Shown in pieces: positions 22,619-34,140 of a DNA stretch of 64,000 nucleotides. A program made the position numbers and the translations under genes. Source of the DNA: Heteronotia binoei (Eukaryota). A model generated the notes under the pieces. That model was not told the origin of the DNA. It ran no database searches and saw only the letters and a list, made by a program, of their open reading frames with translations. The stretch is from positions 2,418,001 through 2,482,000 of the forward strand of contig NC_083226.1 of assembly GCF_032191835.1 (NCBI RefSeq), read 5' to 3'. Position 1 is the first letter of the stretch. The number at the start of each line of letters is the position of its first letter.

Positions 22619-24659
22619 CCTTAGCAAGTTTTGTCCCTCCTTTTCCTAAGGATTCTGCAAAGAGGAACCTCTCTGTATTATTTACCCTTAAGTTATCAAT
22701 AGTATTCAGGAGAATTGATCAGACTCTCTTCCTGCATCAGCTTTAAATTCCAGGTAAACTTCCCTTTGCTCCATAATTTGCTAGGTCTGGGCATTGCTGC
22801 TGCCATCCTGCCATTTTTAGAGAGCAGCCCCTGATTAGAGCCTTTCCAGAACCCGGCTGGCTGCAACAGCCCAACAACAGCAGCGGTGCCATTTTTCACA
22901 AAGAACATGTTGAACGGGAGCCAAATGTTTGGTGGCAGAGTCTGTTGCTAGGAAATCAAAGTCCTGAGGCGATTAATGACAAAGCAAGCAATAACAAGAA
23001 GGCAGAATTACAGATTTAAAAGGGGGGGGGGGGGGGGGAGAGAGTGGTTGGTGTTATAATTACCCAAAGAAATCTGCAGTCATTAAATAGGCTGTTTTTA
23101 TGATTGACTTTAATTGGAGGTTAGTGCAGATATTTAGCTCCTTTCCCACCCCTTTAAACACATGCGTGCACATAATCCGCCGAACGACGGACTTGTTTTT
23201 CTAGGCATCGTGCGGAGCCTGCCCTGTAATTTGATCCCCACTGACAGATGCATTTTCTACGCTGCCATTTTGAATTAACCTATTGTGCAAGAATTTTCCT
23301 CAGCTCTGTTGAATAAAACATCAGGTCTTATTACCTCGGATGGATTTGATAGAGCAAAAGAATGTACTTCTGGACGAAGAAGAAGGCTGTTTGCAGAGAG
23401 TTTGGCGCTCTGAACTCTCCCAAGAAGCCCCAGAAATTTGCGACCTGTGCTTAAAGAGCCAGAGAGGGGGAGGGGGGACGTCTGGAGGTGGAGAGAGGGG
23501 CTCAGGAACTGGGTAGGAACCGCCCTTGGGGTCATGAAATTTCCACATATGCTGCTTCTGTGAGTTGGCATTTGTTGATGCTGAAGATAACCATAATCCT
23601 CATATCCTCATTCAGATTTTTTGTATTAGCACATTAAATGAAAAGTCCATTTCCATACCATGCATTTCTCACTTCATGTTTCTGTTCTGATCATTTTAAA
23701 TCAGAAATGCTTTTTCGTGACCCGCAGTGAATTTGAGTTTCTCTTGCATCCTTTCCCTTTTCCACTTCTTTTGTTTTTAAAACTTCCTTTGGAGTGCTTC
23801 ATTACTCGCTTTTATTACTACTCAATGGGGGGTGTCTCCGTCCCTTGCCAGAAGTATCGGGCAGACCTGACAACCCAGGCGGAATCCCTATAAGGGAACG
23901 TATGGCGGGGATATGTAATGATCAGAATCATCCAGATGTCTCTTCAAATACTGCAGCAATAGAGCCGCTGCATGTTTTGTCCAGCCATCCTGGCACGCTG
24001 CTAATCAGATGCCCGTGCCAAGCTGTCGGCTCTGTTAAGCACCCGGATTCCCTGAGGCAAGAAGGCAGCTGCTAGAACGACAATGAAACTGGGGAGCTCA
24101 GTCTGTTTTTGCTTCCCTCGAGCTATCAGACAGTTAATTTAGACCACCCCAACACAGAACCCTTCAGGTGATCTCCCCTCCCCGTGTTTTTGTAATTAAA
24201 ATGATAAAATGTCATTATTACCCTGGAAATTGGTATGCACAATTTTGCATTTGACAGGTACCTACAGAGATAAACGCGACATGTAATCTTTATCGGTATA
24301 ATGGCTCCGAATCCATCATATCTGCTCAGCCGCACACCCATAGGTGTATAAATGTATTCCGTGCATGTGCTGGGAAAGTGAGTCTCTGGGTTATTTCTGT
24401 AGATAGATTCAGGAACTCAGCTTGGCTGGTAATAAGCCGCTTTAGGTGCATAACCTGGTTTTACAGACAAGACACTGACTGGTAACAGGTCATTAGGCAG
24501 AAGTCATGTCGGTGCAGATGGTGGAGAGCAGAGCCCGGGGAAGATGTTGGTCACGTTTTCTCAGGGACAGGAGCGTGACTACTTATGTAGGAACCGAAGG
24601 GCTGAAATAATATGAAAATGCAGGTCTGCCTTGGCGTGAATGCATGTTGCAGACAAATT

Positions 24660-25224
24660 CAGGGGTGTCAAACTCATTTGTTATGAGGGCCGGATCTGAC
24701 ACAAGTGAGACCTTGACGGGCCTGACCGTGTGTGTCTTAAAATGTAATGCCTTATAGCAGAGAGATAAACTTTATAAAGCACACAAGCAAACAAAATTTT
24801 TAAAAAAGCCCTTAAAACATTAGCACTTGTTTGTCTTAAAGGTACTTTCTTTGTATCTCTCCCATGCAATCCAGGCTCTCTCAATCACCCATCACAGCTA
24901 CTGAACCAAGCCTCTCCCTTCTTTTGGCTGAGGCTCCTCCCCTCCTGGTCCCCTGGGAAAGAAGGAAAGAGCCAGAGTTTCCTTTGAAGCAAGCTATCCC
25001 ACCCCCTACTTCCTCCCCAAGGGAGGAGCCTCAGCCAATGCAGAAAATAGAGGCTTTTCTCTGTACCTCCTGTGCGATTGAGAAATTCTGGCAAAGCAAG
25101 CTGTGATACAGAAGGAAGCAAGAGAGAGGAAGAAGGAAGCAGATGACAGCCAGTTGCTCAGGGACCTGATAGGAGCCCTCTGGGGGCCTGATTCGGCCCC
25201 CAGGCTGCATTTTTGACACCCCTG
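24660..25224 (+). mobile_element. hAT MITE, same family
   Basis: TIRs CAGGGGTGTCAAAC / TTTTGACACCCCTG; TSD not recognisable. Confidence 0.85.
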
Positions 25225-25307
25225 CTCTATATTCTGGAAAGGCATAGAGTATGGGAGAGTCAGCTTTCAAGGAAGGCCTCCTTCCCACCATCAGGCTGTC
25301 AGTTGAG

Positions 25308-25521
25308 AGGGAGCATGGTGAAGGGACTGAAGTGCCAGACTAGTATCTAGGAGACTCGGGTTCAAATCCCTCCTCTTCCATGGAAGCTGACCTTGGGCCA
25401 GTCACACATTCAACAGGGTTGTTTTGAGGATAAAACGGAGGAGAGGAGACTGGTGGATGCTGCTTTGCCCCCCTGTTGGGGAGAATGGTGCTCTGTGAAT
25501 AAATGAAGTAAAATAAATAAA
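25308..25521 (+). mobile_element. Older Squam3/MIR-like SINE
   Basis: tRNA-like head with B box GGGTTCAAATCCC, core TGACCTTGGGCCAGTCAC, A-rich tail. Confidence 0.6.
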
Positions 25522-25523
25522 CC

Positions 25524-25590
25524 CAGGGGTGGAATTCTAGCAGGAGCTCCTTTGCATATTAAGCCACTCACCCCTGATGTAGCCAAGATT
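25524..25590. mobile_element. One arm of the palindromic GGAATTCTAGCAGG MITE family
   Basis: CAGGGGTGGAATTCTAGCAGGAGCTCCTTTGCATATT as at 47915; no second arm. Confidence 0.6.
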
Positions 25591-26025
25591 CTTTCCAATA
25601 CCTTGCGTGGGACTGACACTCTCCACTTTCTAGCCTTGTTTTTAGCAGGCAGGAGCGTTGAAAAAATGGCAGGCAGAGACGACTACTGCAGTCTGCCGGT
25701 TTCCAAGCATGAAGCACCAGCTGCCTTCAGGTAGTTCTTGGCTCTAGGCATTCCGGCATTGGTGATACTGGAAGCAAGCCTCAGGCAGATGCATTCACTA
25801 GGCCTCTTGCTACAGCAGGGAAGGTATCTTGTGCACTGGGGAAATCAGTCCACCTTTGAAAGCTTGTTCTTACGAGTTTGTGTGATATCTCCTCCCTGAA
25901 ATAAGGGCAGTGGCATGGGGCGGGGGGAGGCAGTCTCACTCTGGATCCATGGGGGGCGGGAAGGGAAGAAGAGTCGTCCTGTCAGGGCAGGAAGCCCACT
26001 GGAATCCATTAGTTCACTCTTGCTA

Positions 26026-26270
26026 AAAAGGGAAAGGAAAGGTCCCCTGTGCAAGCACCAGTCGTTTCCGACTCTGGGGTGATGTTGCATCACGTTTTCA
26101 CGGCAGACTTTTTACGGGGTGGTTTGCCATTGCCTTCCCAGTCACCTACACTTCCCCCCCAGCAAGCTGGGGACTCATTTTACTGACCTCGGAAGGATGG
26201 AAGGCTGAGTCAACCTCGGGCCGGCTACCTGAACCAGCTTTCGCTGGGATCGAACTCAGGTTGTGAGCAG
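26026..26270 (-). mobile_element. Sauria SINE (Squam1), 5'-truncated
   Basis: Reverse complement of the 41408 copy; BovB-like tail GTGCTTGCACAGGGGACC. Confidence 0.85.
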
Positions 26271-26668
26271 CTTTACCTAAGGTTTAATCCATTTCCAGAA
26301 GTAATTCTCTTAACTGGTGGTTTAAAATACGGCACTGTGCATTCTGGTTTCAACCTGGAAAACAATTTCCTTTTCCTGCAAAGTGTTGCTCTTTTTCAAA
26401 GAGCAGTTTGAAGTGCACAGCTGGTCACTTATCTGACATGAAACTCTGAGGGTTAGGACTGAGTGACCAGCCTTTTCTCTTTATTCTAAGTGTGAGTATC
26501 ACAAGGGAACAATGTTTACTGGGATCAGTGTTTAATATCTCACTTGTCCGTTCTTATGACTTTGGGGGGAAATCTACACCGATTTTTGCATCCAAAATAT
26601 TTATTTCATATATTGTTATAGTGCTTTTCTGTATGAGTTTGAAATGATAGTGAAAAAACACTCTAGAA

Positions 26669-27061
26669 CAGGGGTGTCAAACTCATTTATTATGCAGGCC
26701 AGATCTGTCAGGCTGGGCCACGGATGTCATAAAATGCAATGGAAGATAGAGGAGATATAAACTTTATAAAGGACACAGACAAACACAATTAAAGATTTTT
26801 AAAAACTAAAATAAAACATTCTTAAAGTATTAGCACTCTTGCAGTACTGTGGTCAGTATCAAGGCAAGCTCTCCCTCCCCCCAACCCCATCTTTCCCAAG
26901 GGAGGAGCCTCAGCCAATGGAGAAAATAGAGGTTTTGCTCTGTAGCTCTTGTTCAGTTAAGAAATCCTGGCAAAGCAAGCTGTGACACAGAAAGGAGAGA
27001 GGGAAAAGGAAGCAGACTTGCTTGCAGATCCGACTCACGGATTGCATGTTTGACGCCCCTG
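26669..27061 (+). mobile_element. hAT MITE, internally deleted
   Basis: TIRs CAGGGGTGTCAAAC / GTTTGACGCCCCTG; degenerate TSD CTCTAGAA/TCCTAGAA. Confidence 0.8.
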
Positions 27062-27132
27062 TCCTAGAATATCACACAACCAACCCTAGCTGTTAAAAAA
27101 CAATCAACAGTAAGACCACAAGTAGCATCAGA

Positions 27133-27360
27133 CAGTGGCCCCCAACCTTTTTGGCACCAAGGGCCATTTTTGTGGAAGGCAATTTTTCCACAGACTGGTG
27201 GGGCTGTTAGGATTCTTGCTGCCCCAAGCTGTCCACACCCTGCCCCCCAAGGTGGCCTTTAAATTAGGAGTAGGCAAAGGTCTCTGCCCTGCTCCACGGC
27301 CCGGTTGCTAGCAGGCGACGGAACAGTACCGGTCCACAGACCGAGGGTTGGGCACCCCGG
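27133..27360. mobile_element. hAT MITE (CCCCAACC TIR type)
   Basis: CAGTGGCCCCCAACCTTTTTGGCACCA ... GAGGGTTGGGCACCCC; related to 13875-14366. Confidence 0.6.
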
Positions 27361-27995
27361 TGTAAGACAGCCTCTACTCGCTACCGGCCATTTCCCAAAA
27401 GCTTGCTTAAACATAAAGATCTTTAACAAACCCTCAGGACTGACCTTTAGTTTGTGCAGCCCTTGAAATGCTCTACTATTTAATTTGTGAGATGAGGATT
27501 AAACTAAGTTGTTGTGCCAGGAAAACTATTGAGCAGCTCTCTGCCTTTGTAAGATAAGTGCCTGCATCTAGCCTGGGGATGCACATCCTCATTTTACAGT
27601 CTGTATCCATCTGTTACTTTCAGGTGCTTTTGTGGTTAGGCAATTAGGCATAATGCTATTGTAGTTACAAAGTCCATAGAGTAACCTTGGAAGTTTGTTG
27701 CTGGAAGACGGCTAATGCTTTTTCTGGCTTCTCACATCCCAAGTGATTTATTTGTCATGAGGTTGAACAGGAACAGCTATTTGCTGGTTATTTATTTATT
27801 TATTTACTGTATTTATAGATTGCCTGTCAGCCCTAACCACTCCCAAGGAAGTTCACAATAGAAGTAAATTAAACTGATTCACAGTTAAAACACTGAAACT
27901 TGTTAAATCAGTTGCAGTGGCAGAAAGAAGAGCAAAGTGGCACCTCTAAGACCAATGGAGTTTTATTCAAGGTAGGAAATGCAGAAAGAGACACT

Positions 27996-28504
27996 GAGCC
28001 AGTTTGGTGTAGTGGTTAAGTGTGCGGACTCTTATCTGGGAGAACCAGCTTTGATTCCCCACTCCTCCACTTGCACCTGCTGGCATGGCCTTGGGTCAGC
28101 TAGAGCTCTTGCAGAGTTGTCGTTGAAAGGGCAGCTGCTGTGAGAGCTCTCTCAGCCCCACCCACCTCATAGGGTTTGATTCCCCACTCCTCCACTTGCA
28201 GCTGCTGGAATGGCCTTGGGTCAGCCATAGCTCTGGCAGAAGTTGTCCTTGAAAGGGCAGCTGCTGTGAGAGCCCTCTCCAGCCCCACCCACCTCACAGG
28301 GTGTCTGTTGTGGGGGAGGAAGGGAAAGGAGATTGTAGGCCGCTCTGAGACTTTGTCCTTCAAAGGGCAGCTGCTGTGAGAGCCCTCTCAGCCCCACCCA
28401 CCTCACAGGGTGTCTGTTGTGGGGGAGGAAGGGAAAGGAGATTGTGAGCCGCTCTGAGACTCTTGAGTGGAGGGTGGGATAAAAATCCAATGTTTTCTTC
28501 TTCT
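27996..28504 (+). mobile_element. Squam3-type SINE with two staggered internal duplications
   Basis: TTGATTCCCCACTCC at 28051 and 28176 (period 125); TTGTCCTT.AAAGGGCAG at 28243 and 28353 (period 110). Confidence 0.85.
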
Positions 28505-28559
28505 GATAGTGTGTGATAGTCTGGCTGCTGCAGCCTTCTTTTTCATGACAGATCAGAAT

Positions 28560-29100
28560 AAGATTGAGGGCAGAATAAGAGAATGAGAGGCAATGCAAGG
28601 TGTAGCAGTAGTGACACTCATGTGGATCTGCCTTTGTAATGAGTCGGACTTTTGGTCTGTTGAAGTCTATAATGATGGCAGTTGCCATCCAGGATCTTTT
28701 GCATCAGATGTTCTCCCTCAGAGGTGGAGGACATCTGAATGGGTTATTCCCACGATCCTCTAGGGAGGCAGGAACTTTTTCCACATCCTTTTGGTGCCTT
28801 GGGATAACCCCGCTCTTTCAGTTTTTGTTTCTGCCTCTGAGGGAGTAGCAGCGTCTAGATTAGGTTTAGCCTAGATAGTGATTTTTTTCCTATAATATTC
28901 CTTCCTGTATTCTAAGTTTCCTTTCAGACTACATTTCTTCTGTTCCCTTGTCTCTCTCTTTCTACCTCTGAGCCACACGTAGGTATTTACATGTCAGGAA
29001 TGCAGTGAGTGCTGACATCCCCCAGTAGTTCTTCGGATCCGGAGGCCTGGAGAGAAATATCAAAGAATTCTGAGTTAGACCAGTAAATCTCAAAACCAGC
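28560..29100 (-). pseudogene. Possible very decayed DIRS gag fragment
   Basis: Translated patches EYYRKKITI*AKPNLDAAT and LPSL*TSTDQKSDSLQR loosely parallel EYYSKLLPKVLRELDFTT and LPKDACDRRMEQALR of the intact gag. Confidence 0.25.
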
Positions 29101-29180
29101 GGGGTGCCTTCAGGAGATGCCTTTCGTGAAAAATATTTCCATCCTGGGGACATTCCCCAAGGCAGCTAACGATAATGAAC

Positions 29181-29345
29181 ATTTTAGTCCAGTAGCACCT
29201 TTAAGACCAACAAAGTTTAATTCTGGGTAGAAGCTTTTGTGTGCAGGCACACTTCTTCAGATGCACACACCAGCTTCTACCCAGGAGGAAACTTTGTTGG
29301 TCTTAAAGGTGCCACCAGACTCACTTTATTCTGTTGCTTCAGAAG
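29181..29345. mobile_element. Penelope-like remnant in inverted-repeat configuration
   Basis: GCACCTTTAAGACCAACAAAGTTT ... AAACTTTGTTGGTCTTAAAGGTGC; related single arms at about 27925, 29447, 43303 and 45130. Confidence 0.5.
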
Positions 29346-29446
29346 GCTGTCCTTCCAAACACTAAAATATCAGTGGAACAAAGATTAGAATAGCAGGAGC
29401 ATAAACTATAAGACAAGTCAAAGGCTGGAATAATAGTTTCTTGACC

Positions 29447-29536
29447 TAGAACAAAGTTAGAGTCCAGTGGCACCTTTAAGACCAACAATGTTTTATTCAA
29501 GGGATGAGCTTTTGTGTGCACACACACTTCCTCAGC
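29447..29536 (+). mobile_element. Penelope-like terminal remnant
   Basis: AGAGTCCAGTGGCACCTTTAAGACCAACAATGTTTTATTCAAGGGATGAGCTTTTGTGTGCACACACACTTCCTCAG. Confidence 0.45.
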
Positions 29537-29559
29537 ATGCTGGGCCCATAACCTTATGT

Positions 29560-30330
29560 TATTTATTTATTAAATCCGTTCTGGGGGTTTTTTTTACCGC
29601 CCTTCCCTTCTTCTGCAGGGCTCAGGGCAGTTTATAGCAATTTGATTCAGTGCAATGTAAAACAAGTTAAAAACCATAAAACACAATATTTAAGACATTC
29701 AGAGTACTTAAGCATTTTAAAACAAGCGCTAGCATCTAATTATGGGGGAGGGCAGGAGGGTGCCAGGCAGTTTTAAAGAATTGTCGCTGGCTTTAACTAA
29801 AGGCCTGGTGGAAAATCTCACCCTAACATGTCCTGCAAAACTTTAATGGACAGGCGGGGCACAGACGTTACTTGGCAGAGAGTTCCACCACGCTAGGGCC
29901 AGGGTGGAGGTCAGCTGGATGTCTTTTGGGCTGGGCACCACCAGAAGGTTCTTATCCGCTGATCTTGATGCCCTTCCGGGGACACCCCAGCAGAGACAGT
30001 CCAGAGTACTTGGGTCCAGTGTTCCCTCTAGGCTAAGTTAGCGTGTGCTAGCTCACCGTTGTTTAGCCTCTGGCTCACACATTTTGGTCTTAGCTCAGGA
30101 AGGATGACCCCAGAGCACATTAATGTATTCAATAGCTCACAACTTTAATGCCAGTAGCTCACAAAGTAGAATTTTTGCTCACAAGGCTCTGCAGCTTAGA
30201 GGGAACATTGACTCTTAAGGACTTTAAATGTAAGCAGCAAGACCTTGGTTCTGATTTGGGGCTCCACTGGCAACCAATGCCCTTCACACAACACTGGATG
30301 TATGTGTGCCCTCCGTGGGGTCCTCATTGG
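29560..30330 (-). mobile_element. Degraded L2 3' fragment interrupted by a MITE
   Basis: L2-type tail (rc of CCGCCC...CTCAGGGCAG) at about 29570-29640 and ORF2-like sequence either side of the 30017 MITE. Confidence 0.45.
30017..30210 (+). mobile_element. hAT-like MITE (GTTCCCTCTAAGCT TIR family)
   Basis: TIRs CAGTGTTCCCTCTAGGCT / AGCTTAGAGGGAACATTG; related copies at 30459, 45755 and 46529. Confidence 0.75.
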
Positions 30331-30458
30331 CACATAAAAATGATAACACAGCACATATGTGTAAGTCATTTAAAAGAAAGTTTTTAGGAAGGGTACATGA
30401 TGGAATAAAACCAAGAAAACAGTCTATCTAGCTACATGTTGCAGGTGTATGTTAGCAC

Positions 30459-30673
30459 CAATGTTCACTCTAAGCTGTGGAGTTTTGTGAGCAAAAATTC
30501 TACTTTGTGAGCTACTGGCATTGAAGTTGTGAGCTGCTGGCATTAAAGTTGTGAGCTACTGCATAAATTAGTTTGTTCTAGGGCTATTTTCCTGAGCTGA
30601 GACAAAAATATGTGAGCTGGAGGCTAAAAAATTGTGAGCTAGCTCACACTAACTCAGCTTAGAGGGAACAATG
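30459..30673 (-). mobile_element. Same MITE family, opposite orientation
   Basis: CAATGTTCACTCTAAGCT ... AGCTTAGAGGGAACAATG. Confidence 0.75.
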
Positions 30674-31012
30674 GTTAACAGCAAGATGGATGCTCTCAGC
30701 ACTGCAGAACGAAAGGAAAGGTGGCGGGGGAGAGAGAGAGAGCCCCAAATGCCTGTGTGACAAAAAGCAGGCAACACATCCTAATTTCAAACTTACCAGT
30801 GACAAGATTACAGATCAGTTCATTATGCAAAGGTCTTCCCCTTCTAGTGTGGGAATCTCTCCTCAACACCCGAGTGGTTCCAACTAAGTACCACTTGGCA
30901 TAGGTGAATGAATTCTTTCGTAACAAAAGGAAATGAACTTGTAAATGGAGTATTTACCAGATGCCAGATAAAGAATTCATTTACCTGGCATCTGAAAGCA
31001 AACCAAGAGGTA

Positions 31013-31277
31013 GAAGAAGAAGACTGCAGATTTATACCCTGCCCTTCTCTCTGAATCAGAGACTCAGAGTGGCTTACAATCTCTCCACAACAGACACCCT
31101 GTGAGGTGGGTGGGGCTGAGAGAGCTCTCACAGCAGCTGCCCTTTCAAGGACAACTCCTGTGAGAGCTATGGCTAACCAAAGGCCATTCCAGCAGGTGCA
31201 AGTGGAGGAGTGGGGAATCAAACCCGGTTCTCCCAGATAAGAGTCCGCACACTTAACTGCTGCACCAACCTGGCTCC
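31013..31277 (-). mobile_element. Squam3-type SINE
   Basis: Reverse complement of the head and body of the other copies; (GAA)n tail. Confidence 0.85.
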
Positions 31278-31299
31278 GAGAGTTCCAAAGTTTCAGCAT

Positions 31300-31650
31300 G
31301 CCAACCCACTCTGTTTCAGATGATGGTAGGACTGAAGCTGTTGTTGTCGTATCTTGATGGGCTCTGCTGACTGATGGGTCTCGAATCAGAATGTTGTCGA
31401 GATATGGATGAATAAGAATCCCTCTCTCCCTCAGTACAGTTCTTGGACTCGCTAACAGTTTGGTGAAGACTCATAGGGCTGATGCAAGCCCAAACAGGAG
31501 GGCTCTGGACTGATAATGGTTCACCCAATAGCAGAATCTGAGAAATTTTCTGTGTCCTGTAAATATGGGGACATGGAGGTATGCTTCTGAAAGATCTATT
31601 GATGTCAGAAAGTCCTGAGGCTGTAGGGATTCTGCTATTGACTTTATCCT
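31300..31650 (-). pseudogene. Decayed DIRS reverse transcriptase fragment (older family)
   Basis: TSIDLSEAYLHVPIFTGHRKFLRFCYWVNHYQSRALLFGLASAL*VFTKLL...IHPYLDNILIR aligns by eye with TSIDLSEAYLHVPIRPSHRRFLRF...RALPFGLKSSPRVFTK...LHPYLDDLLVR of the intact DIRS. Confidence 0.8.
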
Positions 31651-31685
31651 GAAATGTTTCCATCCTGAAATGTTTTACAAGTATG

Positions 31686-32114
31686 AAGTAGTAATGTATG
31701 GCTGTGAGAGCTGGACCATAAGGAAGGCCGAGCGCAGAAGAATAGATGCTTTTGAGATGTGGTGCTGGAGAAGAATCTTGAGAGTCCCTTGGACTGCAAG
31801 AAGATCCAATCAGTCAGTCCTAAGGGAAATCAACCCAGACCGTTCACTGGAAGGTCAGATGCTGAAGCTGAAGCTCAAATACTTTGGCCACCCAATGAGA
31901 AGGGAGCACTCACTGGAGAAGACCCTGATGCTGGGAAAGACAGAAGGCAAAAGAAGAAGGAGACGGTGAAAGAAGAGTGACTGGCCAGCGTTACTGATGT
32001 AACAAACACGAATTTGAGCAGACTTCAGAGGATGGTGGAAGAAAAAAGGACCTGACGTGACTTTGTACATGGGGTTGCAAAGAGCTGGACTCGACTGTGC
32101 GACTGAACAACAAA
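31686..32114 (+). mobile_element. BovB (RTE) LINE, 5'-truncated
   Basis: VVMYGCESWTIRKAERRRIDAFEMWCWRRILRVPWTARRSNQSVL...LKYFGH...LEKTLMLGK; tail GACTGAACAACAA. Confidence 0.92.
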
Positions 32115-32200
32115 AGACCTGAAGTAGGGCCTCTCTTTGCAACTGAGGGTGGGTTCACATGTATGTTAAGTGTCGTTTACATTTCTACACTGTGCCAGCA

Positions 32201-32284
32201 CTCTTGGCTTGGCTTCGCGAACGAAGATTTAAGAAGGGTGCAATAGTCCACGTCTACTGCAGGCTCGCTGGTGGCTGACAAGAC
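32201..32284 (-). mobile_element. 84-bp 3' terminus of a non-BovB RTE-clade LINE
   Basis: rc encodes LVSHQRACSRR...*, then a (GCCAA)2 tail; 20-bp TSD ATTTCTAC(A/G)CTGTGCCAGCA at 32181-32200 and 32285-32304. Confidence 0.7.
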
Positions 32285-33492
32285 ATTTCTACGCTGTGCC
32301 AGCAAAGGACTCTTAAAATTACATCCATGAGATGTTAAAAGCCTCATGAAGCAAAAATTATTGACACTTCCCACTAGGCCTGATAAAATTGTGAGAATTA
32401 CTCGTAAATGTCAAGTTCCTGACATTAACATATTATGCCCCCAGGGGTGGCATTTGGTTGCGTAGATTAACCTGTGGGGTGTGTAATCATGATACAAAGT
32501 GAATTGCGGACTGTAAAGTATTGGAAATATTTGGTGATACTGTAAATTTAGTTAGTCTTTCAATAAAAATCTTGGTAAGCACAAAAAACCAAGCTGAAGA
32601 AGTAAAGACATTTGTAAGTGCTTCTGCAAACTGCTGAAAATGGGCTGAAAGATTCAGCTGGGACTGTGGGTTTGTCTCTAATTGAGCACTCATATATTGA
32701 CAGGAGTGAAAATCATGCAATAGTACTCAAAGCATTCCTTACTCTGCGTAGAAGCGTGCAGAATGCAGTATATGTCTAAGAGAATCATTGTTTTCAATTG
32801 CAAAAAAGTTCCCCAACAGCCTAGAATTGGGGAAAGCCTATTGATGTAAATCAAGCAGTGATAAATATAGGGCAAGAAGAAAGTGTTATTATACACTGGT
32901 CTTTTATGGTAGCTTTGACCTTGATTTTTTGCAATTGAAAAACAATTGCTGTTACAGAGTCCCAAAATTAGATCACAATGTGAAGTTAATTTATGTATTA
33001 CTTCATTTAAGTGCTGCTAATTGATGGCTAATATTAGCAGAACTGAACAGTGATGACCTTTCTCTTTCAGCAAGCAACAGTGTCCTCCTACAAAAGCTGT
33101 AGGAGGAAGAGAGCTGTTAACAGAAACACTCTCTCTCTCACACACACACACACACACATTCACTACAAGTTAAGTGCCGCATAAATATTCAGTACTAATG
33201 ACAAGAGACTTAGTTTTGAGTGGATGTCTCAAAGTAAATTCCAAAGATCCTGTATCTTTCAGGTGTTCATTACCTGCTCCCTCTGGCTGAGTAATTGTTA
33301 TAATCTGGAAGGAAACCACATTAACATCAACTAAATTTCCTAAATTGTTGATATTTATAGAGCAAAGGTTTGTAGTGTTCCTATGGTTTTCACTTGGGAG
33401 GAGAGGATGTACATACTAAAATATGTTTTAGTATGTATTTAGTATGTAGTCTGTGAATTTGGCAGATCCTGAGGGCAGGAAGGGCTGCATCA

Positions 33493-33933
33493 TGTCAAGC
33501 ATGCGGGTTCAATGATGAGTCGAGGTTGATACAAAGACTACGTTTATTGACAGACTGATACTTTGGCTCAAGCTGTGGTTTGAGAAGAATGAAACCAATA
33601 CATTGATACACAAGTTTTAAGGTACACTTCAAAGGGATTCCTACGGGGAGGGGAAGCAGGGGAGCATTCACGCATGGAATATCAAAACTACATACATTCC
33701 CAGGGCGTTATCAGGCATTCGGCCTTGCATTGCCCAGATGGCTCATCCTCCATAGAAGGATTCATGGGAAGGTGCTGATTGCTTTGTTCCCTCTAATTAA
33801 CAGTCATAAAGCAAAGAGGAGCCAGGAAAGAATAATAAACTAGTAGCATTTGGTTCTCTGGAATCTAACCCAGGCCTGCTTTTGTCAGATAATAAACCCA
33901 TCAGTTATTGATCAGAATTAGCCATGCTTGACA
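33493..33933 (-). mobile_element. Solo LTR (441 bp, probably Gypsy)
   Basis: 11-bp terminal inverted repeat TGTCAAGCATG/CATGCTTGACA, perfect 5-bp TSD CATCA, AATAAA on the minus strand. Confidence 0.85.
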
Positions 33934-34011
33934 CATCAGTGCTTAGTTCTTGTGGCCCTTTCTTAAAATGCCCAGGGAAATGCTAATTGATACTTTGGGG
34001 TCAGTCAGCAA

Positions 34012-34140
34012 TTCTCCGGTGGTCCGTGGTAGTGGGACGGTCCTGAACTGTTGGGAGTAGGCTCCTCCTCCGGAACAGGGTCGTTGATCGCTTGATCCGG
34101 CCTGGGGGAGGGGCCGCTCCCTTAGGACCTCGTCAGTCCA
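34012..34140 (+). repeat. DIRS left ITR
   Basis: Reverse complement of 39505-39630, identical except near the outer end. Confidence 0.95.
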
